Source: Eledone cirrhosa
Lineage: Eukaryota
DNA length: 64,000 nucleotides
Assembly (NCBI GenBank): GCA_964016885.1
Contig: OZ024760.1
Coordinates: 9,672,001-9,736,000 of the forward strand
Reading direction: 5' to 3'
Of the stretch, positions 52,101 to 63,610 are shown in pieces. Position 1 is the stretch's first letter; each line of letters opens with the position of its first letter. Below the pieces are notes generated by a model. It was given only the letters and a program-made list of their open reading frames with translations. It had not been told where the DNA came from and searched no databases. The position numbers and the translations under genes are program-made.

Positions 52101-52870
52101 CCTTGACTCTCAACCAGGGAGGCTGAGTGTCTCAACAGCCTACCTTGACTCTCAACCAGGGAGGCTGAGTGTCTCAACAGCCTGCCTTGACTCTGAACCA
52201 GAGAGGCTGAGTGTCTCAACAGCCTGCCTTGACTCTCAACCAGGGAGGCTGAGTGTCTCAACAGCCTGCCTTGACTCTCAACCAGGGAGGCTGAGTGTCT
52301 CAACAGCCTGCCTTGACTCTCAACCAGGGAGGCTGAGTGTCTCAACAGCCTGCCTTGACTCTCAACCAGGGAGGCTGAGTGTCTCACCAACCTGCCTTGA
52401 CTCTCAACCAGGGAGGCTGAGTGTCTCAACAGCCTGCCTTGACTCTGAACCAGGGAGGCTGAGTGTCTCAACAGCCTGCCTTGACTCTCAACCAGGGAGG
52501 CTGAGTGTCTCAACAGCCTGCCTTGACTCTGAACCAGGGAGGCTGAGTGTCTCACCAACCTGCCTTGACTCTGAACCAGGGAGGCTGAGTGTCTCACCAA
52601 CCTGCCTTGACTCTGAACCAGGGAGGCTGAGTGTCTCAACAGCCTGCCTTGACTCGGAACCAGGGAGGCTGAGTGTCTCACCAACCTGCCTTGACTCTCA
52701 ACCAGGGAGGCTGAGTGTCTCAACAGCCTGCCTTGACTCTCAACCAGGGAGGCTGAGTGTCTCACCAGCCTGCCTTGACTCTGAACCAGGGAGGCTGAGT
52801 GTCTCAACAGCCTGCCTTGACTCTGAACCAGGGAGGCTGAGTGTCTCAACAGCCTGCCTTGACTCTCAAG
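46166..52870. repeat. 42-bp minisatellite, about 160 copies (6.7 kb)
   Basis: Unit CTCAACAGCCTGCCTTGACTCTCAACCAGGGAGGCTGAGTGT with a few recurrent variants. Confidence 0.97.
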
Positions 52871-52898
52871 CAGTGGGGCAGAGTGTTGCAAAGAACTG

Positions 52899-53322
52899 AT
52901 CTCAGCAGGTGATGTGGCAGATGTACTGAGCCAGTGAGTGAAGGCCAAAGTATCTCAGCAGGTGATGTGGAAGATGTACTGAGCCAGTGAGTGAAGGCCA
53001 AAGTATCTCAGCAGGTGATGTGGCAGATGTACTGAGTCAGTGAGTGAAGGCCAAAGTATCTCAGCAGGTGATGTGGCAGATGTACTGAGCCAGTGAGTGA
53101 AGGCCAAAGTATCTCAGCAGGTGATGTGGCAGATGTACTGAGCCAGTGAGTGAAGGCCAAAGTATCTCAGCAGGTGATGTGGCAGATGTACTGAGCCAGT
53201 GAGTGAAGGCCAAAGTATCTCAGTAGGTGATGTGGAAGATGTACTGAGCCAGTGAGTGAAGGCCAAAGTATCTCAGCAGGTGATGTGGCAGATGTACTGA
53301 GCCAGTGAGTGAAGGCCAAAGT
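52899..53322. repeat. 53-bp minisatellite, 8 copies
   Basis: Unit ATCTCAGCAGGTGATGTGGCAGATGTACTGAGCCAGTGAGTGAAGGCCAAAGT; minus strand QYICHI resembles the LINE EYCCHIW motif. Confidence 0.9.
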
Positions 53323-53459
53323 GCCAGGAACAGATGGTTTACTCTGAGTTCTAAATCCACATTCCTCACTTGGCAGCTATATATTGCAACTAGCAGCAGA
53401 CTGGGAACATCTCCAGTCATGTAAGCCAGGGAGTAGTTACACTGCTAAGAAGGTCACAA

Positions 53460-53912
53460 GCTAAAACTGGAAATATTCCAAGCAACCATTAAGCCCATAT
53501 TACTTTATGGATCCGAAACTTGGACACTAACATCACAACTTGAGAGGAGATTGGATGGCACATATACCCGCCTCTTAATGAGAGTGCAAAACCTATCCTG
53601 GAAACGACATCCCACCTTGTCTAAAATCTATGGCAAACTCCCTCGAGCCTCTGCCCTTCTAAAATCCCGGAGAGCTCAATTTGCTGGCCACTGTCACCGT
53701 GCCAGCAATGAAATCATATCCGCTCTCTTGCTCTGGAACCCTGACTCCAGCCTGACTAGGAGTAGGAGGCTGTCATTCCCTGACGTTATCTCTAGGGATA
53801 CGGGAATCAGTAGACAGGACCTGGGGGCAGCGATGGGGGACAGGGAATTCTGGGGCATGAGAGTGAGATCCATCATCTCAACAGTAGTCGACGAATGATG
53901 ATGATGATGATG
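53460..53912 (+). mobile_element. 5'-truncated RTE LINE 3' end
   Basis: IKPILLYGSETWTL..LDGTYTRLLMRVQNLSW..FAGHCHR, then a stop and a (GAT)n tail. Confidence 0.9.
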
Positions 53913-54850
53913 AAGAAGGTCACAAACAAAAAGGACATGTTAGAAAACTTCAGGCTCGTAAACGCTACTGAATACAGAGCTCAAAATGTTGGCCAAGGTA
54001 TTGACTATGAGGTTGACACTTCTCATTGGTTGGGTAGTTACAGACCTCTGCAATCCCTGGCAGATCTATTCATAATAACCTCCCCTTTATGAGATACCTT
54101 GTGGAGAAGCTGGGAAGTAGACCTAACATTGGTGGATGACTGGTCAATTTAGATCCAACAAAAGCATTTGACACAGAGTAGACCATCGCTACCTGCAGGC
54201 TCTTCAGTGGTCATATCTTATCATACCTTTCCATATCAAATACCCACTCCATCAGTGATGTCTCCTATCCCTACAACCCCGTTTTTGCTTTAGAGCCTCT
54301 GCTATGGAGAATGTAAATCTTGAAAGGAATTCCACTAGAACCTAGACCCTGGAAATCTATGTCTTTGTATACAGTTGACATCACTGCCATAGTGTCAGAC
54401 ATTTCAGATATAAAAGTAGTCAGTACCATACTGGAGAAATATCAACAGGTTACTGGTGCCTACATTAACTGGAACAAATCAGTGGGCTTGAACCTCAGCA
54501 TGTGGAGAAGCAAGACCATGCCAGCCAGTGGGAATCTCTGCCATTAGATCAATGGTCCAGTCAAAGAGCTTGGTGTCTGGTTTGGACTGGACCTCCAAGA
54601 CGACAAGAACTGGGAAGAGATCACAAAAATGTAGCCAATCTCACCCTCCCTGGAATGGGAAGAGAGAAAGCTGTCCTTCAAAGGTCAGGCAGATGTGGCA
54701 AACGCCTACATTGCTTTGGTGGTACACTACTGCCTGTCCATCATATCAAGTCCCTGCCCCCCCCCCCCCTCACTTTTTCTGAAAAGGAGAGGTACCAGTG
54801 GTACTAACATCCATTCAATGGCAGCCTTGGAATGCCATTGAATGGATGTG
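53913..54850 (+). mobile_element. Decayed L1/Tx1-type RT fragment
   Basis: ENFR..LAKVLTMRL, KAFD..DHRYL, YTVDITAIV (YADD-like), YQQVTGAYINWNKSVGL, VKELGVWFG. Confidence 0.8.
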
Positions 54851-55298
54851 CAGACATGCACTATAGCTAACACACCTGTGGAACTACCTCAAGTGCAGAC
54901 ATGCACTATAGCTAACACACCTCTGGAACTACCTCAAGTGCAGACATGCACTATAGCTAACACACCTGTGGAACTACCTCAAGTGCAGACATGCACTATA
55001 GCTAACACACCTGTGGAACTACCTCAAGTGCAGACATGCACTATAGCTAACACACCTGTGGAACTACCTCAAGTGCAGACATGCACTATAGCTAACACAC
55101 CTGTGGAACTACCTCAAGTGCAGACATGCACTATAGCTAACACACCTGTGGAACTACCTCAAGTGCAGACATGCACTATAGCTAACAAACCTGTGGAACT
55201 ACCTCAAGTGCAGACATGCACTATAGCTAACACACCTGTGGAACTACCTCAAGTGCAGACATGCACTATAGCTAACACACCTGTGGAACTACCTCAAG
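54848..55298. repeat. 45-bp minisatellite, 10 copies
   Basis: Unit GTGCAGACATGCACTATAGCTAACACACCTGTGGAACTACCTCAA. Confidence 0.95.
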
Positions 55299-55499
55299 TA
55301 ATGCAATGATGATGACAACAGAAGTAAAGCCCAACCAATGTAGGCACCTTTCAAACGACATGTCTTCCTGCAGATTTGAACTCTGAACATAAAAGGATGC
55401 AATTATATGCCACTAACTATGTTGTCCAATGATCTAATGACTCTCTGCTAACCCACAGTTCTTTTTATTACCAAACAACAGATCACACAAAGAATGGGC

Positions 55500-57270
55500 A
55501 TGCAGCTAGAGACAAATGGACAAAGGACAACGTACTTTGGACATGTTTACGATGTCAGAAAGTAAACTAATGAATCAAGGGAGGGTAATTAGGAGGAACG
55601 GTTGGTTAACTGAGGTAGAAATATCACAGATTAGTGAACATTTAAGCAAACCTGCATAGGAGCAACAAATGGAGGTTAGAGCAGAAGCTGAAGCCATTTC
55701 TAGTTGTAGACAATAGGAATAGGAGAATTATGATGAGACTGTTAAGATTGCAGAAGAGGAAGGATATAGATTGAACCCTAGTACTGCTGAGGATGGTTAC
55801 ACAAGAGGAGGGAGGCAGTAGGATAATTAATTACTTGCATCACAAAGGCAGCTTATGGATTTGATGAATCTCCCAATAAATGTGAGAAGGGTAGATAGGA
55901 GTGTGATGAATGAAATTACAAAAGATATAAATGTTGTCATAGCACATATTAAAAAAAAAGGGCATAACTCAAACAAGGAACCTTATCAAAGCTGTTGCAC
56001 TACTTGTGGAGGAGCAAATGTGACTGACCAACACTAAAAAGAGTAAGGCAAAAGGCATCATGGTGGAAATGATGCATCGAAAATGACATAATGTGATTAA
56101 GGCAAGATCGAAGTAAAATTGAGAAATGGTTTAGAGGAAAATGGAAAAATGGAAAAAAAAGACAAATCAAGAGAGAAAAAAAGTATAAAATTGGAAAAAT
56201 GAATTTTATACTGTAATGGAACAATTAAAACAGGATTTTGTTGAAAGCCAGAAGATAAGAAGATATGTGAACAGAAATAAGCAGTTTGAGAATAGATTGT
56301 TTCAAAATAATGCAAAGCAATTCTATCTCACTTTGGAAGGAGAGAATGGGAAGGATGCTGTTCCTAATGTTGACCAAAGAGGTGAAAGGAAGAGAAAAGA
56401 TCTGGAAATGAAAATGCATCGTTGTTTGAAAAAAATACACAGGATATCAAAGACAAAACATTGTGGACATGGCTTAAGCAAGGTGACTTGAAGCATACTA
56501 CTGAAACGCTTTATAGTTGTAGCACAAGACCAAGCCATTGTTACCAATTAGGTGAAGTACAACATCTACAAAACTTCTGATATCCAGAAATACAGGCTCT
56601 GTGGAAAGAATGTGGGAAATGTAACCCACTTGGTAAATGGATGTGAGAGCTTTGCACAAAAGAATACAAGTGCCACCATGATAAAGTCTGTTTGTACTTT
56701 CATTGGCTGTTATGTCATAAATACTAATACGAAGTAATAGAGAATTGGTATAAGTGTGTGTCTTGTAAAGTAATGAAGGAGGACGGGAAAGCAACGATAG
56801 TCTGGGATTATGACTTTCAAACTGATAGAATAATTTAGCATCACCGACCGGACATTGACGTGTTAAACAAGAAAGACAAACACTGTCAGATCATCGACGT
56901 GGCCTTTCCAAATGACATTACTATTGTGAATAAAGAGGTTTTAAAGAAATCACCAATTATCATCATCATCATCAATTAACGTCTATCTTCCACGCTAGAA
57001 TACTCCGAAAGGGGGGGTGGCTAGAGTGCTTGGAATGCAAGAGGGTGATGTGAAAATGATACCAGTTGTGATTGGGGCATTAGGGTCAATTCTATTGAAA
57101 CTTCAAGACTTCTTAAAGTGACTGGGAATGCCATGCAAGATTGGTATCATACCAAAATTAGCCTTACTAGGTACAGCACACATTTTAAGGAAAGTATTAT
57201 CTGTCTGAGGTCCTTGTTGTGACTTGACAGATGACTAAATACTCCAGAGTATTTTCCATCTATGCTGACT
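55500..57270 (+). mobile_element. Decayed, internally deleted R4/Dong-like RLE non-LTR retrotransposon
   Basis: NQGRVIRRNGWLTEVEI, NRLFQNNAKQFY, AQDQAI, RLCG..VTHLVNGC (CCHC knuckle), WDYDFQTDR..HHRPDI..IIDVAFP (PD..D endonuclease), IPVVIGALG; RT domain not seen. Confidence 0.85.
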
Positions 57271-57279
57271 GACTAAAGA

Positions 57280-57470
57280 AATAATTGTTTCTACTTTAGG
57301 CACAAGGCCAGCAATTACCCAGTGCATTACTGGTACTTTATTTTATCAACCCCGTAAGGATGAAAGGCATAGTCAACCTCGGCGGGATTTGAACTCAGAT
57401 CGTAAAGGGACGTAACTATGCTGGAAAGCATGGCGTCCGACCCTCTACCGATACTGCCAATCCACCGCCC
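57280..57470 (-). mobile_element. SINE family A, full length; further fragments at about 57960-58095 and 58140-58232
   Basis: Reverse-complement match to family; flanked by direct repeat TGACTAAAGAAATAAT. Confidence 0.85.
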
Positions 57471-57635
57471 ATGACTAAAGAAATAATGATAAATGATTTC
57501 TAATTCAGGCACAAGACCAGTAATTTGAGAAGAGTATTTAACTGGTACTTCATTGTATCAACCTTGCAAGTTGACTTGAACAATGTTTCAACTCAAATGA
57601 TAAAACATATTGATAATTTATTTCACGTTGGCACA

Positions 57636-57946
57636 AAGTCAGCAATTTAGGGGATATAAGTCAGCAATTTAGGGGATATAAGTCAGCAATTTAGGGGATA
57701 TAAGTCAGCAATTTAGGGGATATAAGTCAGTAATTTAGGGGATATAAGTCAGCAATTTAGGGGATATAAGCCAGCAATTTAGGGGATATAAGCCAGCAAT
57801 TTAGGGGATATAAGCCAGCAATTTAGGGGATATAAGTCAGCAATTTAGGGGATATAAGCCAGCAATTTAGGGGATATAAGCCAGCAATTTAGGGGATATA
57901 AGTCAGCAATTTAGGGGATATAAGTCAGCAATTTAGGGGATATAAG
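57636..57946. repeat. 22-bp minisatellite, about 14 copies, derived from the SINE-A tail
   Basis: Unit AAGTCAGCAATTTAGGGGATAT directly following GGCACA. Confidence 0.9.
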
Positions 57947-59493
57947 AAATATAATGATATCTGCTATAGGCACAAGGCCAGCAATTTGGGGAGAATGGGA
58001 AAGTCAATTAAATCGACCCCAATGCATTACTGGTGCTTTATTTTATCGGCCTCATAAGAATGAAAGACAAAGCTATGGGATTTGAACTCAGAAGATAGCT
58101 TTGCCTTTTTGATATAAGCTTTGCCTTGATATAAGGAATATAGTTGTTTCTACTTTTGGCACAAGGCCAGCAATTACCCCAGTGTATTACTGGTACTTTA
58201 TTTTATCGACCCCGTAAGGGTGAAAGGCAAAGGAAATATAAGAAATAGACACAGTAGTTCACTTGTATTCCACTGACCCGGAAAGGATGAAACACAAAGT
58301 TTAAAGCGGAAGGATTTGAACTAAAAACCTTTACTTAATAAAAAAAACTGTAACTACAAGATATCTATTTATAAATTTGAGCAGCTTCCATCCATCACAC
58401 AATGTGTGTGTGTGTGTGTGTGTTTGTGTGAATGTATGTGTGTGCAAAAGTAAGGAAGGGGATGGTGAAAAAACTATAGCAAAACAGCAGCTGGCAATCT
58501 ATTTGCTCCACGGTGTGTATGTGTATGTGTGTGATTGTGTAAATGTATGTGTATTTATGTATGTCTATGAGTGTGTATTTTTGTGTGTCTGTGTTTACGC
58601 ATTTATATTTATAAACTCATACATATAAATGTATGCATACACACAAGCACACATATACACGTACGCGTCAGCGTGTTGAACAAAATTATAGTTCTTAAAA
58701 AGTACAGACTGGACAGTATTGTGACTTCACATTAAAAATTACAGTCTTTTCTAAAATGTTCTGATAACCAGTAAAGGTCTTAGAAATATTATCTGCTAAA
58801 TCTTTGCTGAATATTGAGGAAATTATTGGTTGGAATATAAAATATGACTGCTGTTATTTTTTAAGTATTTAAATTTGTCAAGTTAGAGATAAACTTCAGG
58901 GTATAATATAATTTGTTCAACAAACTAAAATATAAATTGTAAAATACCACATTAAATTATTGATAACAGTTTTTTTTCTAGTGAATTATAATGAATAGCT
59001 GATCCATCAAATTAAAAATAACTTGAACCATTTAATCAAATTCGCCAAACTTTAAACTATAAAACAAAAAGCAATTTCATTTAGTTGTAGCTTTCATCTT
59101 GTAGTAAGAGTACACCATTTGCAGTCAGGAAGAAGAATTCCAATCGATATTAAATTTAATTACATAATAGTGTATTTGTAGTGTAGTATTTTATGGCTAT
59201 TATAAGGAGCTAGAAGTTAATGTAATGTGAATGCTGCTGAGCCAAAGCCTGACACACATACAAAATAATAAGGTCGCCTGGAAAGTTCATAGGCTTACAA
59301 TGAAGGAGTGATGCTAGTGCTGTGAAATCATGAATGCAATTAATTTCAACTCTTTTAATTAATATCTGCATTGTTTCTTTCCAAGGACTATGTTGAAAAA
59401 TAAACCTCATTTGGTCATTCCATGAGAGTATCTTGGTGAGGGGTCAGGCTATGGACATTACAGTCACCCTTTATATATATATATATATATATA

Positions 59494-59841
59494 TCATCAT
59501 CATCATCATCATCATCATTTCATTTTACGTCCGCTCTTTCCCTGCTTGCAAGGGTGGGATGGGAACTGATTTTGGCTTGATTTCTACAGCTGGATGCCCT
59601 TCCTAACACCAACCTCATTTACAGTGAGTGCTGGGTGCTTTTTTACCGTAGCACCTCCACGACCACTTTGCAGTGGAATGATAGGGACCCCAGTCCCTAT
59701 CATCTCAATTCTACAGCTGAGTAAACTGGAGCAATGTGAAATAAAGTGTCTTGCTCAAGGAAACAACACATCACCCGGTCTGAGAATTGAACTCACAACC
59801 TTTCAAAGGCCAATGCTCTAACCACTAAGCCATGTGCCTCC

Positions 59842-59842
<1 letters not shown>
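59494..59842 (-). mobile_element. SINE family B
   Basis: Matches family consensus. Confidence 0.85.
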
Positions 59843-59886
<44 letters not shown>

Positions 59887-60025
59887 CATATATAAGTAAA
59901 TATGTTTTGAAACAGCAAGTGAATTTGAAAATAGAAATAGAAGCCTTCACCGTATTTTTCCCTAAAGGCCTTTTAGCCTGATAGTGGGGCTTAGAACCCT
60001 CAAAGAAATGGAAAAAGATGAGTAT

Positions 60026-60096
60026 TGACGTACATGGGAGTCGAACCCACATCTTTGGTTATCAGGACCACTGTGTTACCATTACACCAACACATC
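60026..60096 (-). pseudogene. tRNA-like cloverleaf (pseudo-tRNA or element head), unrelated to SINE A and B heads
   Basis: GATGTGT-TG-GTGT(AATGGTA)ACAC-..TGGT(CCTGATA)ACCA..GTGGG(TTCGACT)CCCAT-GTACGTC; anticodon arm imperfect. Confidence 0.6.
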
Positions 60097-60300
60097 ACCC
60101 ATCTCTTTCCATTCAAATTAGAAGCTACATTCATAGCAAGTATGATGACAAGTAAGTATGTTTGGAAACGTTTCTTTGAGGGTTTTAAGCCCCACTATCA
60201 GGCTAACATTTATTTAGTCAAAAATACGGCAAAATCTTCTATTTCTATTTTCAAGCTCACTCACTGTTTCAAGACATACTTACTTGTCATCATACTTGCT

Positions 60301-60350
60301 AAGAATGTAACTTCTGATGAAGGACTAGTGCCCGAAATGTTAACACTCTT
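60301..60350 (+). ncRNA. Degenerate hammerhead motif in a Penelope-like terminal repeat
   Basis: CTGATGA-AGGACTAGTGCCC-GAAA-TGT-TA; AAGAATGT/ACACTCTT offset stem I; sister copy at 26155-26198. Confidence 0.5.
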
Positions 60351-60425
60351 TTCCTATTATTTCAAGCTTTAAACTAATAAATTTCTTCATTGTACTGTAT
60401 CGTGTGCTTTGTTATTTCTGTTTAC

Positions 60426-60476
<51 letters not shown>

Positions 60477-60478
<2 letters not shown>

Positions 60479-60815
60479 GGCTTAGTGGTTAGAGCATTGG
60501 CCTTTCAATTGAAAGGTTGTGAGTTCAATTCTCAGACCGAGTGATGTGTTGTTTCCTTGAGCAAGAGACTTTATTTCACATTGCTCCAGTTTACTCAGCT
60601 GTAGAAATGAGATGATAGGACTGGGGTCCATATCATTCCACTGCAAAGTGGTTGTGGAGGTGCCACGGCAAAAAAGTACCCAGCACTCACTGTAAATGAG
60701 GTTGGTGTTAGGAAGGGCATCCAGCTGTAGAAATCAAGCTAGAATCAGTTCCTGTCCCACCCATGTAAGCAGAGAAAAGCGGACGTAAAATGATTTTGAT
60801 GATGATGATCATGAT
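60477..60815 (+). mobile_element. SINE family B
   Basis: Matches family consensus. Confidence 0.85.
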
Positions 60816-60844
60816 GATATATAGTAACTCCTTATATATATATA

Positions 60845-60990
60845 GAAGCTGCAATAGAGGAAGACCAAGGGAGACTTGGGAAGAGGTAGGTAGATCTGAA
60901 TTAAAAATGGTGAATCTCAGAGAGATGACAACGGAACGGCATGAGTTGGGGAAGGCTGTGGGGGGAAAGGACCTATCCAACCCATGGAAA
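60845..60990 (+). mobile_element. RTE LINE C-terminal fragment
   Basis: RGRPRETWEEV..DL-like motif. Confidence 0.6.
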
Positions 60991-61084
60991 GCCCAACCTA
61001 AAATTATAATGAATATATATATATATATATCCTAACACAACTACACAGCCATGTCTGATACTTAAATAGGTACACTCATACATA

Positions 61085-61871
61085 CAAGGTGGGTCAGAAA
61101 AGTTCCAGGACTGATGTCACAAAAGATTTATTTCAAACCCAAACTTCACACATAAGAGTTTTCTCCTTCAAAGTAATCCCCCTGGAGTCTAATGCACTTT
61201 TCCATCCTTTTCTGCCACGCTTGCATACACTCCTGGAAGGATTCTTCCGGGATCCTCTGCAGTTCCGTCATCACGGCCTTTTTGATGTCGTCCACGTCTT
61301 CAAAACGGGTCCCCTCCGGGTCGTACCTGAAGATCCATCACTCATCACCGGTGATGACTGTCCCTAGCAAGTCTGGTTACTTCAGTGAGAATCTTCCAGA
61401 CGCTATCCCGATTCATGCCCAGCTCGTTTGCCATCAGTCGAACAGTCAGCCGACGATTGCTACGCACCATCTGCCTGACGTGCTCAATGTTGACCTCAGT
61501 CCTGGTTGTTGAGAGCCTTCCGCTCCAGGGTTCATCTTCCACGTCCTCGCGTCCTTCTTTAAACCTCTTGCACCAATCAAAAACACGTGAGCGTGACATC
61601 GTCTCACCTCCATACACTTGCTGCAGCAATCCCAGTGCTTCTGACGGAGTTTTCAAGTTTGTTCGTTGCTCTGTGCTCATTGCTTGACGACCTAAAACAG
61701 GGGACATGTATATAAAATTATGAAGAAAAAAGTTTGATCGCTGCAGAGAGCTAAGATTACAGTTACATACTCCAGGGGGATTACTTTGAAGGAGAAAACT
61801 CTTAGTGTGAAGTTTGGGTTTGAAATAAATCTTTTGTGACATCAGTCCTCTAACTTTTCTGACACACCTCG
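61085..61871 (-). mobile_element. Internally deleted mariner transposon with TIRs of about 105 bp
   Basis: TA flanks; ATG at 61680, MSTEQR..QVYG..SRSRVFDWCKRFKEGREDVED..SGR (HTH); VITGDE; C-terminal GDYFEG; most of the DDD domain deleted. Confidence 0.92.
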
Positions 61872-61889
61872 TACATTTATACATAAATA

Positions 61890-62850
61890 CACATGCATAC
61901 ACGCACACAAACACACACACAAACATACATACATACATACATACACACATACACACATACACGCACATACACACATACATACATACAAACATACAACTAC
62001 ACAAACACATACATACACACACATATACACACTCACATGCATATACATACAAACATATATACATATATACACACACATACATATATCCATAGACACACAT
62101 TTGCTAACCCCCCATCATTTATTCATTATCTGTTTCATGCCTCACCTATACAACTGATTTTCTTGCTAAGTTTTCTCTCTTATTGCCTTTTAAACACCAA
62201 ATTTATCACTGCCAATGTGCCAATAACCATTCGATGAATATTCATTGAAACTCTTCTTATATGCAAATGAGGAACACTCTTTCATAATATCTTGTTTTTA
62301 TGTGTATTGTTTTTGTGTATTTGTATGTGTTTTTGTATTGTTTTTGTATGTGTATTTGTATTGTTTTTGTATGTGTTTTTGTATTGTTTTTGTATTGTTT
62401 TTGTGTGTTTTTGTATGTGTATTTGTATGTGTTTTTGTATTGTTTTTGTGTGTATTTTTGTATGTGTATTTGTATGTGTTTTTGTATTGTTTTTGTGTGC
62501 ATTTTTGTATGTGTATTTGTATGTGTTTTTGTATTGTTTTTGTGTATGTTTTTGTATGTGTTTTTGTATTGTTTTTGTGTGTATTTTTGTATGTGTATTT
62601 GTATGTGTTTTTGTATTGTTTTTGTGTGCATTTTTGTATGTGTATTTGTATGTGTTTTTGTATTGTTTTTGTGTGTATTTTTGTATGTGTATTTGTATGT
62701 GTTTTTGTATTGTTTTTGTGTATGTTTTTGTATGTGTATTTGTATTGTTTTTGTGTGTGTTTTTGTATGTGTATTTGTATGTGTTTTTGTGTGTGTGTGT
62801 ATTTGTATGTTTTTGTATGAACATTTGTATTGTTTTTGTATTTGTATTTA
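61890..62850. repeat. (CA/TA)n and T/G-rich degenerate repeat (62295-62850)
   Basis: Direct observation. Confidence 0.9.
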
Positions 62851-63444
62851 TTTTTACCATTTCTTTCTCTCTTTCTTCCCCCTTTTCCAGTTTGAAATGG
62901 AATCTATAATGAATGATGGCCATTCTGTCCCACAGGAATTGAATGTATGCTTGGCTGTGATCATCGGGAGGATCTTAATTCTCCATTGGTAATGTGTAGA
63001 AACTCTTCATGATGTTGTTGTCTTTTAAACACGAATAAACAATCCTTTTATTTGTCTATTGAAACCATTATTGCCCCCCAGTCGCCCACAATGAAAATCT
63101 AAATTTAAACCTGCTGGACTCTGGCTGATGTCCTATTGTTTATTCTACAGCTAACTAAGGTTAAATAAGTTATAAATTATACAGTTTTTCTGGTCTGTAG
63201 GACACAGAACTGGACATGGCCATTGTAACTCTTTACAGAGAGATTTTATAGATCTAACATGCTTATATATATTGGACGGTTTTAATGATACATTGTTGAT
63301 AATGGCTGTTGATTTTTAGAGTCCGGGTTCAATCCTGTTGTATGGCAGCTTGGGTAAGATTTATTGACCATAGCTTTAGATTGATCTATACCTTGTTACT
63401 GAAAATGAGTAGACAGATACTGCTTGGAAGCCTTTTTGGATAGA

Positions 63445-63610
63445 ATCTTCTTCTTCTTCTTTTCCTCCGCCTCTTCCTCCTTTTTCTTCTCCTCCTCCTC
63501 GTCCTCCTCCTTCTTCTCATTGTTCTTTTCCTTTTCCCTCTTCCTCCTTTTTCTTTTTTTCCTTCTTTTCCTTTTCCTTTTTCCTCTTCCTTCTTTTTTT
63601 TCCTTCTTCA
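63445..63610. repeat. (TTC/TCC)n polypyrimidine tract
   Basis: Direct observation. Confidence 0.9.

Noticed and set aside
46163-52948. 2261-aa ORF as a real gene
   Set aside because: Pure 42-bp tandem repeat that is stop-free on both strands; the annotated start is TTG, and there is no unique domain.
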